Source: Chiloscyllium plagiosum
Lineage: Eukaryota
NCBI RefSeq assembly: GCF_004010195.1
Contig: NC_057718.1
Location: 15,667,416-15,731,415, forward strand
Reading direction: 5' to 3'
Length of the DNA: 64,000 nt
Shown here: piece by piece, positions 13,855 through 26,984 of the stretch
Position numbering within the stretch: position 1 is the stretch's first letter
Layout: each line of letters begins with the position of its first letter
Notes under the pieces: generated by a model
The model's input: only the letters and a program-made list of their open reading frames with translations
Database searches by the model: none
What the model was told of the DNA's origin: nothing
Made by a program: the position numbers and the translations under genes

Positions 13855-14240
13855 TAACCAATACTTGGAATACTGCGTCCAGTTCTGGTCGCCCTATTAT
13901 AGGAACGCTGTGGATGCTTTGGAGAGGGTTCAGAGGAGGTTTACCAGGATGCTGCCTGGACTGGAGGGCTTATCTTATGAAGAGAGGTTGACTGCGCTCG
14001 GACTTTTTTCATTGGAGAAAAGGAGGAGGAGAGGGGACCTAATTGAGGTATACAAGATAATGAGAGGCATAGATAGAGTCGATCGCCAGAGACTAATTTC
14101 CCAGGGCAGAAATGACTAACATGAGGGGTCATAGTTTTAAGCTGGTTGGAGGAAAGTATAGAGGGGATGTCAAAGGCGGGTTCTTTACACAGAGTTGAGA
14201 GAGCATGGAATGCGTTGCCAGCAGCAGTTTGGAAGCAAGG
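13855..14240 (+). mobile_element. CR1 LINE 3' fragment
   Basis: Encodes [33 protein letters not shown]. Confidence 0.88.
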
Positions 14241-14244
14241 TCTC

Positions 14245-15035
14245 ATCTCACCTTCAGGAGTCACTCAGGGTAGTGTCTTCAGCTGCTTCCTCAATGAACT
14301 TGCCATCACAAGGGCAAAATAGAAATGTTCACCAATGATGCACAATGTTCAGCACCATTAGCAACTCCTCAGATACTGAAGCAGTCCATGTTGAAGTGCA
14401 ACAAGATCTGGGCGATATCCAGGCCCCACTAAAAGTGACAGAAACTCAACTGAACGCATCATATGAATGCAGTGATTAAAAATGCACAGAGGCGAGGAAT
14501 TCTGTGAAAATTAACTCACATCCTGACGATCCACAGCTTGTCCACCACTGACAAGGTACAGGTCAGGAGTGTAATGAAATACTCTCCAATTGCCAGGTAT
14601 GGCTACCGTTCCAACAACACAAGAAGCTTAACACCATCCAGGACAAGTCCACTTCATTAGCACATCTACAAACATCAACTCCCCCCTCCACCAAAGCATA
14701 GTAGAACAGTGTGTTCTACAAGATGCACTGCAGAAATTCACCAAGGTTCCTTCGACAGCACCTTCCAAACTACTTCTATCAAAAAGGACAATGATAGCAG
14801 ATAATAAGGAACAGCACTACCTGCACGTTCTACTCAAGGCCACTCAATTCGACTTTGAAGGAACAGTGACATGCTTCTATGTTGCTGTGTCAAAATCCTG
14901 GAATTCCCTCAATGACATGCGAGTCAAACTACAGTACGCTAACCACAGCAGTTAAAGGCAACAGCTTACCACCATCTTCTCAAGGACAACTAGAGACGGG
15001 CAATAAATATTGGTCAGTCAGTGATGTCAACAAGC
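14245..15035 (+). mobile_element. Old CR1/L2-group LINE 3' end
   Basis: Decayed G.PQGS..FIND and MF.DD motifs. The 3' tail (CAGCT.ACCACCA.CTTCTCAAGG.CAACTAG...CAATAAAT) is shared with the SINEs at about 25.7, 41.7 and 63.1 kb. Confidence 0.6.
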
Positions 15036-15269
15036 TAATTGAAACTTAAAGACCAATGCATATGCCCAAAGTCTCTTAAGTGTTTGATGTACTCCCAAAC
15101 CGGCCTTCACCATTTTCGTCAGTCACAAGTCAAATCAGGGTCTCCCATGAGTCAGTGGGTATGGTTGACTGCCTTTTTGCCTTCTGAGGGAAGCAGAATT
15201 TCAAGGCCAGAACTGCAAGCTGGAAATTAAGGTTCAGTTTACTGGAGCAAGTGTGTCCAGCATTCCTAT

Positions 15270-15415
15270 ATGCTGGGTGCAGGTTTGCTTGCTGAGCTGG
15301 AAGGTCCTGTGGAAACTTACTGATTATGTTACCTAGTATGGTGATGAAACGTCTGAAAACGTACCTTCCAGCTCATCCAGAAGCTCAACCTGAGCTACAA
15401 ATCTTCTCAAAACTA
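15270..15415. mobile_element. Short inverted Penelope-derived element with a degenerate hammerhead
   Basis: Inverted GCTGAGCTGGAAGG/CCTTCCAGCTC arms. Core CTGATTA...GAAACGTC at 15320-15353. Ends in the family terminus CTGAGCTACAAATCTTCTCAAAACT. Confidence 0.65.
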
Positions 15416-17139
15416 ACTCCATATGCTTCAGAGTCTACTGCAGACATCTCAAAGCGCTATCAATAGTACCTCTGCAAAAGACAGACAACGGACAGAAGTA
15501 TCGTCTCAACATGCAAACTTGCCCAACATTGAGGTATTAACGACTCTGCTAGAGGACATATCTTTCACATACCTGACAACCATACATGGGTATACTGCAC
15601 TAAAAATACTATCAATTGCAATATACAGAGGAAATTAATGTTTCTGGCCATAGAGTAGCACACAGACTGCTCAAACTGTGGTACTGGATAAGTATCCTTA
15701 AAATTCAGAAACTTGCTAGAAATGCATGCATATACTATATATATTATAATATACAGAATTAAGGCTGCAGATCAGAAGCTGACACAAAGTAACCAACTAA
15801 ATGGAAAAAGCTATAACTTCAAAAAGATACAACCAATGTGTTCCAGAGTGGCTCCTGGCCTTATAAGAGCATTATCTTAGCTGTTTAAACTCAAAAATGT
15901 AACTGAACTCATCTTATTAGATGTCAGATCAAAACAAAATTGCAAAAGGTTTCAAATCATGTTATTTTGCAGTTTTGATGTGAGCACCAGTATTAAAAAA
16001 AATTCTCAATGCAATGTCATACGTTACCACATATCAGTCTGTTTGGAAAAAACATTTAATTATACGTTAGGTGGCAGAATAAACTACTTCAGCAAACGAA
16101 TGCAAGAAAATCAAACTGTTTTCAAGCGACAAACGGAATACTTTCTCTACTCCTTTCTACTGCCATTCAAGCTGTGTTGATGGCTTATGTTTGAAGAATA
16201 CCCACTGCAGAAGATCAGTTTGGAAAGTTTGGGAATTTTTCAAAAGTTCAACCTCGGCATAATCAAATGTGCACTTTGTACACAGCTTTTCTTTCCCACT
16301 TGGATACTAAGGTGAGCTATCATACATTTCCAGGACACACTTTCCATTTCAAATCATCAGCATATAAAAAAAAATTTTTTTAATGCTCATAACCTTGTTC
16401 TCTCATTCTCACACAACAGTATTACATTTCACACACATACACAAAGCAAGAAACGTAGCTGGTCAGAACACAAAATTGACAGCACTGTGGAGTATTGTGC
16501 AAGTTGTTTGTTTCTTATTTAAGGAAGAGTGGAAATTTATCAGAAGCAGTTCACAGAAGGTTTATTAGAGTAACACATGAAATTAGTCGGTTGTCTTGAG
16601 GGAAGGTTGGATTGGCTGGGTAAATCTGCTGGGGTTCAACTCAAATCATACAAAGATCTTGCAGGATCACAATAGAGTGAATGTGGAGAAGATGTTTCCC
16701 CTTGTGACAGAATCTAGAACTAGGAGGTCACTGTTTTAAAATTAGAGGTCACCGATGAGGTGAAATTTTCACTTACAGATGGTCATTAGAAATTGTAATT
16801 CCCTTTTTCAAAAGGCACATAGAATCTTTGAGCATTCTGAAGTCAGAGCTAGATAAATTCTTGAGGAGTAATATTTGAAATAGTGGAGCAATCGGGTCAG
16901 TTACCTTAATGAATGGTGGTGCAAAGTCGAGGGGCCAAGTGCTCCATGTCTCTAAGTATATTTCAACAGGATCAAAACCAGAATAAAGGTTTCTTCCTTC
17001 AAAAAGAAGAGTTTGTAATCAATGTAAAAATGCCTCAATTATGACCAGGACTTCTCTGACAATATCTAGAAAGTACATTTATATAATTGAGGCAAACTTT
17101 CCGGCTTTGCACCGCTTTCTTGAACTTCTCCCATCTGAC

Positions 17140-18860
17140 CATCTTCCGTCTCAACTATCCTCTCAACCCCATCATCCCCCACCTGCACCCACCCCACCTT
17201 CCTGATGAATGGCTTTTGCCGAAACATCGATTTTCCTGCTCCTCGGATGTTGCCTGACCTGTTGTGCTTTTCCAGCACTGCATTCTCCACTCTAATCTCC
17301 AGCATCTGCAGTCCTCACTTTCCCTCACCTGCATTGACCTATCGCCTTCCTAGCTATTTTGCCCCTCATTCCCACCCCCTCCTACTTATCTCAGTCCCTT
17401 TGCCAACTGCTCCTCCCACTGACGTTCCCGATGAAGAGCTTATGCCCAAAACATCAACTCTCCTGTTACTCGGATGCTGCTATGCTTTTCTAGCGCCACT
17501 TTTTGACATTTTGGGGTTGAAGTGTTCGAGGCGGAAGATGAGGCGTTCTTCCTCCAGGCGTCTGGTGGTGAGGGAGCGGCGGTGAAGGAGGCCCAGGACC
17601 CCCATGTCCTCGGCAGAGTGAGAGGGGGAATTGAAATGTTGGACCACAGGGCGGTGTGGTTGATTGGTGCGGGTTTCCTGGAGATGTTCCCTAAAGCGCT
17701 CTGCTAGGAGGCTTCCAGTCTCCCCAATGTAGAGGAGACCGCATCGGGAGCAACAGATACAATAAATGATATTAGTGGATGTGCAGGTAAAACTTTGATG
17801 GATGTGGAAGGCTCCTTTAGGGCCTTGGATAGAGGTGAGGGAGGAGGTGTGGGCACAGGTTTTGCAGTTACTGCGGTGGCAGGGGAAAGTGCCAAGATGG
17901 GAGGGTGGGTTGTAGGGGGGCGTGGACGTGACCAGGTAGTCACGGAGGGAACGGTCTTTGCGGAAGGCGGAAAGGGGTGGGGAGGGAAATATATCCCTGG
18001 TGGTGGGGTCTTTTTGGAGGTGGCAGAAATGTCGGCGGATGATTTNNNNNNNNNNNNNNNNNNNNNNNNNNNNNNNNNNNNNNNNNNNNNNNNNNNNNNN
18101 NNNNNNNNNNNNNNNNNNNNNNNNNNNNNNNNNNNNNNNNNNNNNNNNNNNNNNNNNNNNNNNNNNNNNNNNNNNNNNNNNNNNNNNNNNNNNNNNNNNN
18201 NNNNNNNNNNNNNNNNNNNNNNNNNNNNNNNNNNNNNNNNNNNNNNNNNNNNNNNNNNNNNNNNNNNNNNNNNNNNNNNNNNNNNNNNNNNNNNNNNNNN
18301 NNNNNNNNNNNNNNNNNNNNNNNNNNNNNNNNNNNNNNNNNNNNNNNNNNNNNNNNNNNNNNNNNNNNNNNNNNNNNNNNNNNNNNNNNNNNNNNNNNNN
18401 NNNNNNNNNNNNNNNNNNNNNNNNNNNNNNNNNNNNNNNNNNNNNNNNNNNNNNNNNNNNNNNNNNNNNNNGTGGGTGGGAGATCTCCTGAGGTGATGAG
18501 GTTCTGTATGGTCTGGGAGTGATGGTTTTGTGATGGGGGTAGGGTCATGATCGAGGGGGCGGTAGGAAGAGATGTCCTGGTGTTGGCGTTCGGCTTCAGT
18601 AGTGTAGAGGTCAGTGCGCCAGACTACCACTGCACCTCCTTTATCTGCTGGCTTGATGGTGAGGTTGGGATTGGAGCAGAGGGATTGGAGGGCTGCGTGC
18701 TGCGAGGGTGAGGGGTTGGAGTGGGGTTGACAGGTTGAGGCGGTTAATGTCCCGGCAGCAGTTGGAAATGAAGAGGTTGAGGGCAGGTAATAGGCCAGCG
18801 CGAGGTGTCCAGGTGGATGCAGTGTGTTGGAGGTGGGCGAAGGGGTCCTCGGAAGGTGGG
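17140..18860 (-). mobile_element. Neptune-type Penelope-like element with inverted terminal pieces; spans a gap
   Basis: Carries the PLE RT hallmark LTIKPADKGGAVVVW and GIY-YIG region sequence. Plus-strand terminal copies carry hammerhead-like motifs at 17202-17228 and about 17429-17455. Confidence 0.85.
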
Positions 18861-19069
18861 CGGGAGTCCTGATTGTGAACAATCTCACGGGAGTACTAAC
18901 TGCAGAGAGTCGCTGATTTGCTGTCTGTGGGATTTTACTGTCCACACCTTTATTTGCCTGCACAGTGATCAAAAATCTATTTAAAACAAGGCGTCAAAAC
19001 ACAATTAAAAAAAGCGAAATTCCTTCTCAATACACAAATCATGTTCTGACAATTTCAATGCGATATATG

Positions 19070-20270
19070 TTGACAACGATCTTTGCCGTCAAACTTCTCC
19101 ACGCAAGACGGAATATTAAAATTGTTCCGCTACAAAGAACAAAATACAAGCTCGACAGGATTCGAACACTGCTGTTAGTTCCCTACAGTCGACCGACATT
19201 CGGAGACCAGTTCACGGCACAGATTTGTTCTACGCGGAGGACATGCAGCTCCGTGTGGATCCACTCAAAAGCCCCCGACACCGTTCAACTGACGCTTCCA
19301 ACACAACGTGGGTCTGGTCTTTATTCAAAAGCACAACGTGCAGATTTCGTCTACAGCAGGACAAATCCCAGTACAGCATTCACAAATAAAGTGGCGGAGG
19401 CGGGAACAGGCTATGCTCCACTCCCTGTGGACTTTACCACCATGGTGTGATTTACATGTGTTAATAAATGGGGATCATTGCACTCGGACTATCTGACACA
19501 TGCTGACTATTCAAAGCGAGATGAACGGGAAGGCGGCAATTGCTTCTTTCTCTTTTATATCGATTCGATTAAAATAACTTCGAGAGAGCAGGTCTCCTCT
19601 GGGATTCTGCACGCCCTGCAGACCCCAACTCAAATCCTTACGTTTTTCAGGTCCTGTTCAAAACCCTGGACATGCTCACGGGGAAGAGCCGGGCGTGCGG
19701 CGGGGCCTACAAAGCAGTGACTCACTCGCCCTCCAGTCTGGCCCAACGCGATCGAAGGCGGGCCTCAGTCGCAGGCCCACCATCCCCCGCCAGATCCGGG
19801 GGTTGGAGTGGGGTGGCTAGGTGATGAGAGCGGATCCGGACAGGCGTCTCTACACCACGGCGCCTTACCTGCGATCAGATGCGGCAGCCAACACCGCCTC
19901 CGGGATGATCCTGTCATTAAATCCAAGGCGCGATGGCCCTTCCACCGCCCTCTCCCTTCCTCGGCTGATTCTTTTACCAGCGCGGCGACTGCTGTCTTTC
20001 TGCGCCGAGCCTCTCCTCGTCCCTCAGCCCCAATCCCTGTTTCTTTACCCCCTCTCTCTCGCTCCCGCTCCTTTTACTTTAACGTCAGCGCCATTTCCCA
20101 GCTGGGGCTGCGCAATCCCCTCCCTCCCACCCCCGCCCCTACTCTCGTCTGACGTCAAACTCTCGCGGGAGCCGCTGACCGGGAGGTGGAATTCCCGCCC
20201 GCATTCAAAATACAGCGGTTAGGCACCGCCCCGCTTAACTTTATTTAAAACCTGCAGAGTCGACGCCTGG
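19070..20270 (-). promoter_or_regulatory. AHCTF1: CpG island / probable AHCTF1 promoter
   Basis: Strong CpG enrichment in a CpG-poor window. Motifs: CRE TGACGTCA (20150-20157), TCTCGCGGGA (20161-20170), E2F-like TTCCCGCC (20192-20199), YY1-like CGCCATTT (20089-20096) and GC boxes. Confidence 0.8.
19869..20110 (-). other. AHCTF1: Probable non-coding exon 1 of AHCTF1 (5' boundary uncertain)
   Basis: Consensus donor GCAG|GTAAGG (GT at 19868-19867) inside the CpG island. An alternative donor GA|GTGAGT lies at 19725. Confidence 0.55.
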
Positions 20271-20689
20271 AGGACAGGGACAGTAGTAAGTAGTCATTAT
20301 TTGAGGTCTTCATGAAGGCAAGAGAGTAAAATGGTATCTGATGAGGATATGTTTTTGCAGCTAACTCGTGTTTGATTGGTATTTTATCAGAGGTTTTTTT
20401 TCCCCTCTACGTATATACTCATTGCCAGAATGGACAATGAACCTTTGTTGCCCTGAAGAGAGTGCTGTTTGTTTTCTTAACCCCATTTTACCTTTGAGAG
20501 ATTCGAGTCAACCAGCGCACTATAGTGCTGAGTTATTCGGATGGTTTTTCGCTCACTCAGAAACTTGAGTTCCGTGTCATCCTTGATTCCTGTTCTGAAG
20601 CATGTGAGGAAAAGATTCTTTCGTTAAGCACCTGGAAAACTAAAAGGTTTTTTTTTCTAAGCAGTTCTCAACATCTCACTTCCTCCCAC

Positions 20690-21400
20690 GGATGTTGAGA
20701 TCCTGGAAAACATGGACTTTTTCACATATCTCGGGAACCTATTCTTAGCAAAGAAAAACATAACAATAATTCATCATTGCCGCTGATGTGTAGTCGAGCC
20801 TTCAGCAGTTGGATAAAGATAACGTGAGGACCACATCTAAAGTGCAAAACCAAACCATAGTTTACTGGGCAGCAGTGATCCCTGTATTCCGATATATTCT
20901 GGAGACTTGGAAAATATACAATGTATAGTTCAAAGCATGTGAGGACTATCATCTGCAATGCCTTCACAAGAGCCTCCAGATTATGTGGCAACAGTGAGAT
21001 ACTACAGCAGCAGCCTCTCCCGAGGCAAAGCTCTGAGACACTGAGCATCTCTGATGGATGGAAAATATTACCAGATTCTCAAAACAACTGATCTGTTCAA
21101 ACTCTGTCATGGCAGGAGAATCCCAAAAGAACAGAAACACATTATTTATGTCCTCAAAGCACCCCATGAAATATTAAACATACCCCATGAAAGTTTTTGA
21201 CTTATGACCAATCAAAATAAATAAGTTTCATTCAGAAGGCATTGAACATATCCAAAGACTGGAGTGTCCATTGGTGAGTGTGCACAGATCTCGAAAGCAT
21301 CTCCTCTGCCAACCTTTCAAGCACCATCTGCCCCACATGACTGAGTCTATTTATCATGAAATTGATTTTGCAACAATCTCCAAATTCACAAATCAAAGTT
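20690..21400 (+). mobile_element. Highly decayed RTE-like LINE 3' fragment
   Basis: Remnants resembling F.YLG, TK..VY.A.V.P.L.Y..ETW and a C-terminal CPT-like motif, with many stops. Confidence 0.5.
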
Positions 21401-23969
21401 TAACAATTCATTCTTGATGTTAGGGGAAATAGGCTGGACAGGAAAGCTCGGCATTTGGGACAATCCCAATAGTTTCACCATTATAGATACAAATTTCTTA
21501 TTTCCAGATTTACCTGACTAACCAAAACTAAATTCCCCAGTTTATGTGATAGAATTTGAACGCCTAGCTACTCAGTTTGGTCTCTGGATTACTAATTCAG
21601 CAACATAACCACTTTCCTCCATCCTAACTGATGTAACTGAGTGGCTTGCTCGGTCACTTCAATGTATGTTTTATGAGCCAATCATGTTGGTGTGGGACTT
21701 TGAGTCATGTATAACCCAGAGTTGCTGCGAACAGAGTATTTCTTTCCCTGAAGAAAATTTTATTGAGCCGTTTAGATTTTTAAACCATAATCTGATGCTT
21801 CACAGTCAGCAGCAAAATGCTGTGGCATGAGAATTAACTAATAAGCAAAGTAAATGCTATGTCAGGCAGTCTCTGTGGAGAGGGAAACAATTAATGATCT
21901 GATAAATTGGTAAGGACGTTAACTCCTTCCAAATACTACCTGACCTCAGTATTTCCAGCAGTTTCTTATTTAAATTTATATTACTTAAAATCCACCTCTA
22001 CTTCTAGACATTTCTTTTACAAAATCCAAATTCTCAAATTACCACTTAAGATTTTAACTCACCTTCTCTGGAATACTAATTTGCTGGTTAGAACCACACT
22101 GCTTGCCAACCAATTAATTGCTTTTTGAAAAGTCCTGGTTGTTGTTTGTGAGGACAGAACAGCAGTTAATTTTCACACCATGATTGCACAACAAAAGAGG
22201 TGAATAAAAATGCAAGTTCTAATTGTCACAGTAGCTTTTAAAGCAAGATATTTTCTAAGGTGCTTCACAGAAAACACATGCTAATATGGCAACTTGAGTT
22301 TCTGACCAGCTCACTTTAAAAAATAGAGGTGTTTCTAAAGAAAGAAAGAGTAGTGAATAGGTTTTAGCACTGAAGTCCTGAAAGCCTTGCTACTGATGGT
22401 GTGGATGAAAGGAAGGAGATTACCCAAAAGTGAGTGGATACTTGAAGGAGGTTACAGTGGTAGGATGGAATGACGGAGGAATTTAAATAAGAAGATTTTA
22501 AATTTGCAACATTGAGTCGAACCAAAGTAGGTAAATTGAGGACTGGTGTCATGGTGACTCGTGTCTGGTGTCATGCAAGCAAGACTTTGCAAAAGACAAC
22601 CTACACAAAGCAATTACAGATTACGGGGGATGGTTAGGAAAACACTGGAGAAGAAGCTTGGTTGCTAACAGCACATTCAACCTGATTGATTGGAGAGGAC
22701 AAAGGAATGGGTAACAAAGAAATGAATTTTATAGCCAGGTCAATGGCAATTATTGATTGTTGCACCAGAGGAATTTAAGATCTATTGAAGAATGAATGTC
22801 TAATGGTATAGAAGGAATAAAGATAGAGTTAGTTGTCTGATTCAATGTGAAGTTTGATCCTGTTTGTAGATGATGTCACAGAGGGACTGTATGTAAATTA
22901 GGAAGCTAGGTATATGAATATATATATTTGAGTGTCTTTAGAAGTGAGGGTTTGGGTTGGCAAGAGAGACAATGTGCTGGCTCCATTTAGATAGGTAGCA
23001 GGTTAAAGGAAAAACGGATAGGAAGAAATTACAGAAAGTGGGGAGTAGTTTAAAATTTGTTGATGAAATCTATAAATTACAAGTGCTTTTATAAACTACA
23101 AGACATCAAACAACTGGGATAAGTGACCGTTAATTTAGTTTGAAGGTAAAAGTGGAAACATAGTTTTTGTCGGCAGAGAATGTGATTATAGTGACAGTTT
23201 AAAGGAAAGAAGTGATTGTTCCTTGGAGAAAGAATATTTGCGTTTTAGTTGAAATTGTAGCCACAAAGGGAGGGTGGAGAGGGATTGAGGGAATAGAAAT
23301 TGAGAACACATGGGGAGAGGAAATAAAAAATGGAGAAAAGACTGAGGTCTTTGTGTGTGCAAGGTCTCTCAAACAGCAAACTATCAAAATTGCCAGGTGA
23401 TCTGTTTTGGATGAACACTGACCAGAGTACCATAATTGTCTATTCCCATTTTAACTTCATCCTGAAACAATGCAGTGATAGCTTGAATAACAAGCCGAAA
23501 TGGACCTTCAATTTGCAACAACAATGTGAATACAAAAATCACCCTTGGTGAAATAAAATGTCCAGACCTTTAATAAACTAGAATTTGACACCAAGTCATA
23601 TAACAGGATTTTAATGAACATCTTAAAGAGGAAAGGGTGCTAGAGAGACAGAAAGGTTTAGAATCTGAGGTGAGCAAAAGAAGTTTTTACTAAGTATAAG
23701 ACTTTTTTAAAATTCATAGATTCTGACTTCACAGACATCCATTCATTTGTAAGGGGGAAAAACTTACTATTCCTTTCCTATCACTCCCTAGATGATTTGA
23801 TTATATATATTCTTTGATCAGCAGTAAAATCATTGCATGTATTAAATGTTACATAGAGTAAGCAGTACGTTCAATTGTATACTATCATGTAATGTAGCTA
23901 TAATGTTAGCAGGCAATTAAATAGGTCAGTTTTTCTATCTCGTCTATAAAACAATCTAATTAAAATTAT

Positions 23970-24312
23970 AAGATGATTAGGGGTTTTTACAAGATGATTA
24001 GGGGTTTAGATAGGGTTGACCATGAGAACCTTTTTCCATGTATGGAGTCAGCTATTACGAGGGGGCATAGCTTTAAATTAATGGGTGGTATGTATAGGAC
24101 AGATGTTAGGGGTAGATTCTTTACTCAGCGAGTCGTGAGTTCATGGAATGCCCTGCCAGTAGCAGTGGTGGACTCTTCCTCTTTATGGGCATTTAAGCAG
24201 GCATTGGATAGGCATATGGAGGAGAGTGGGCTAGTGTAGGTTAGGTGGGCTTGGATCAGCGCAACATCGAGGGCCAAAGGGCTTGTACTGCGCTGTATTT
24301 TTCTATGTTCTA
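23970..24312 (+). mobile_element. 5'-truncated CR1 3' end
   Basis: Nearly identical to 10936-11247, with a TTCTATGTTCTA tail. Confidence 0.9.
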
Positions 24313-24414
24313 TAATGTAAACAGAAAATGCTGCAGACACTCAGTATGCCAGTTAGGATTTGGAAAAAGAGAAATGGAGTTGACAGCAGAAGCATAAAAA
24401 GTCTGGCAAAGCAG

Positions 24415-24692
24415 AGATCATGCTTTCAAGGTGAGAGGTGGAAAGTTTAAGGGGGATACACGCGACAAGTACTTCACACAGAGGTTGGTGGGCGTTTGGA
24501 ATACATTGCCAGCAGAGGTGGTAGAGGCAGACACGGTAGATTCATTTAAGATGCGTCTGGACAGATGCATGAGTCGGTGGGGAGCAGAGGGATACAAATG
24601 CTTAGGAATTGACCGACAGATTTAGACAGTACACTTGGATCGGCTCAGGCTTGAAGGGCCTGTTCCTGGGCTGTAAATTTTCTTTGTTCTTC
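24415..24692 (+). mobile_element. CR1 3' end (a different subfamily)
   Basis: Encodes YFTQRLVGVWNTLPAEVVEA, with a TTTCTTTGTTCT tail. Confidence 0.85.
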
Positions 24693-24919
24693 TGTGACCA
24701 AGGAATGTGGTAGAAGGGCATAAATAGACAAGAGATGGAAAGAGGATACTCACGCGTAGAACACAGCTGTGTGTAGATGCTGTCTTCTGTTCACTTGAAG
24801 TGGCAGATTTCAAGAGCTTTGCCCTGTTATAGGTATTTCATTGTCCATATTTGGTTGCATTTGTGACCTTTACAGTTCATCTAAGTCATCAAGCTTTAGG
24901 TCATTGAGTTTAAATTTAT

Positions 24920-25370
24920 TAGGATATGATTTGCTCTCTGAGCTGGTAGATTTGTTTTTAGACATTTCAACACCATGTTAGGTAACATCATCAGTAAGCC
25001 TCCAATGAAGCACTGGGGTTCTGCCCCACTTGTTATTTATTTGTCTTGGTCTGTTGTGGTGGATAATATCACTTCTGATTCTTTTCCTGAGAAGTTGGTA
25101 AATAGACTCCAAATCGATTTGTTTGTTAAAGGAGTTCTGGTTTGAATGCCAGGCCTCTAGAAAGTCCCCTGTGTGTCTTTGTTTAGCCTGTCCCACGATG
25201 AATGTATTGTCCCAGTCGAACTGGTGTCCCTCTTCATCTGTGTGTATGGATACTAGCGATAGTTGGTCATGTCTTTTGGTGGCTAATCGGTGCTTGTGTA
25301 TCCTGGTAGCTAGTTTCCTGCCCATTTGTCCAATGTAATATTTGTTGCGGTCTTTGCAGGGTATTTTTTG
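24920..25370 (-). mobile_element. Poseidon-type Penelope-like element 3' end with hammerhead
   Basis: ORF GRKLATRIHKHRLATKRHDQLSLVSIH...FLEAWHS. Hammerhead core at 24961-24994. Confidence 0.85.
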
Positions 25371-25821
25371 GGATATCTTATGAATTCAAAGTATTTGCGC
25401 AGTCACAGTCAAAGAGCATATTGTCCTTACCAAGATTTTGTTCCATTGTCTGATGCACCTTGGACAATTTATTACATTAAAAGTGTTAAAGTATAATTTG
25501 TTGTAGTGTTTGCAATTAGGTAGCAATCCCAAAAATTTGGTAATGAGCTTATCACACATTACTTTAAAGTCCATTAAATATGACTTAATCAAATGTGGCA
25601 GGAAATAGATGCATGACTAAATCTCACCAATTTCAAGCCAAATCCTTCGCTGCTGCTGAATCAAAATTTTAGATCTCCCTTTCTAATGGCATTGTGGGTT
25701 TATCTACACCGAATTGACTGCAGCTATTCAAGAGACTGCTGACTGCCACATTCTAAGGGCAACAAAGATGGGCAATAAATGCTAACTCAGCCAGAGATGC
25801 CTACTTCCCATGAATCATAAA

Positions 25822-26132
25822 TTAGAATCCCTACAGTGCAGATAGAGGCCATTTGGGCCATCAAGTCTACACCGAACATTGTGAAGAGCATGCCACCCAG
25901 ACTCTCAGTATCCCCATAACCCTTCATTTCCCATGACTAATTCACCTAGCCTGCACAACCCTGGACACTACAGGGCAATTTAGCATGGCCAATCCACCTA
26001 ACCTGCACATCTTTGGATGGTGGGAGGAAACCAGAGCACTTGGTGGAAGCCCACAGGGAGAATCTGCAAACTCCATAAAGCCAGTCACCTGGGTACCTGG
26101 CGCTGTGAGGTAGTGGTGCTAACCACTACCGT
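25822..26132 (-). mobile_element. HE1-type tRNA-derived V-SINE
   Basis: Reverse complement of the GTGGTTAGCAC head and the GGTTTCCTCCCAC...GATGTGCAGGTTAGG...GGCCATGCTAAATTGCCC core. Confidence 0.82.
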
Positions 26133-26984
26133 CCAATCAATAACAAAAATTTGTTTTGGTCCACTGCTCTTTAAATAGAATTACAACCTATACAAGGTTA
26201 ACATAGAAAGGAGATCATTCAGTCCATTGTGTAAATTTACTAGAATAATGCAAAATTGCACGTTGCATTTCTTCTATAATTCAATATCTTTAACTGCTTC
26301 AAATGGTTATCTGCTTTTTCTTAAAAATGCATCGTGTCAAAGCATCCAAATCTTTGTTACAGTAGTTCCTCTACTCTACTTTTGTAGTGATTATTTTAAT
26401 TTCATGACTGTAGTAATTGTAACAAGGTCAGCCAGATGGACATCATAGAATATGATTTCTCTGATTGGGGCTGTTAATCTGGTCGTGGTTGACATAAAAG
26501 GGTGAATGTCAGAGATATTGGGACTCCGAATGCCTGACTCAGTGTGCAGCAGTGCTAAGATCAAAGGCTAAGTATTTGGAAATAAAAGGTGATTAGTGAT
26601 GGGATGCCAACCTCTGAGGAGTTATTTCAATGACATTCTGTAATTGTCTCTCTAACTATGTTGACTATGTTCAAAATTTTAGGGTCCTCTGTTAAACCTC
26701 CCCAATGTCTCCCTTCCAATTGAGATTGACTTGGCTCTCTGTTCATCATTAGCTTCTCATTTCTGGTATTACCCTGTAAAGAGACAAGCTCATTAAAATC
26801 CATTCGAACAGATAAGTCCCTTATTTTGACATTTCACCTCAAATTGTGCAGCTTTCCTCCCAGTACCACAATGCTCTGATATTGTTATAACCACTTAAAT
26901 TCATGATAGAATAGTTACAATGCAGAAGGAATCCATTTTGCCCATCATATCTGATAACTCAGTGCAAGAGTCTGAAGCAGCCAC

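Noticed and set aside
18965..20222. ORFs of 80-161 aa in the CpG island
   Set aside because: No recognisable homology, and such ORFs are expected by chance in GC-rich promoter sequence.
10936..24312. Near-identical ~310 bp segments at 10936-11247 and 23994-24312, suggesting a segmental duplication
   Set aside because: Both are 3' ends of the same young CR1 subfamily and their flanks differ.
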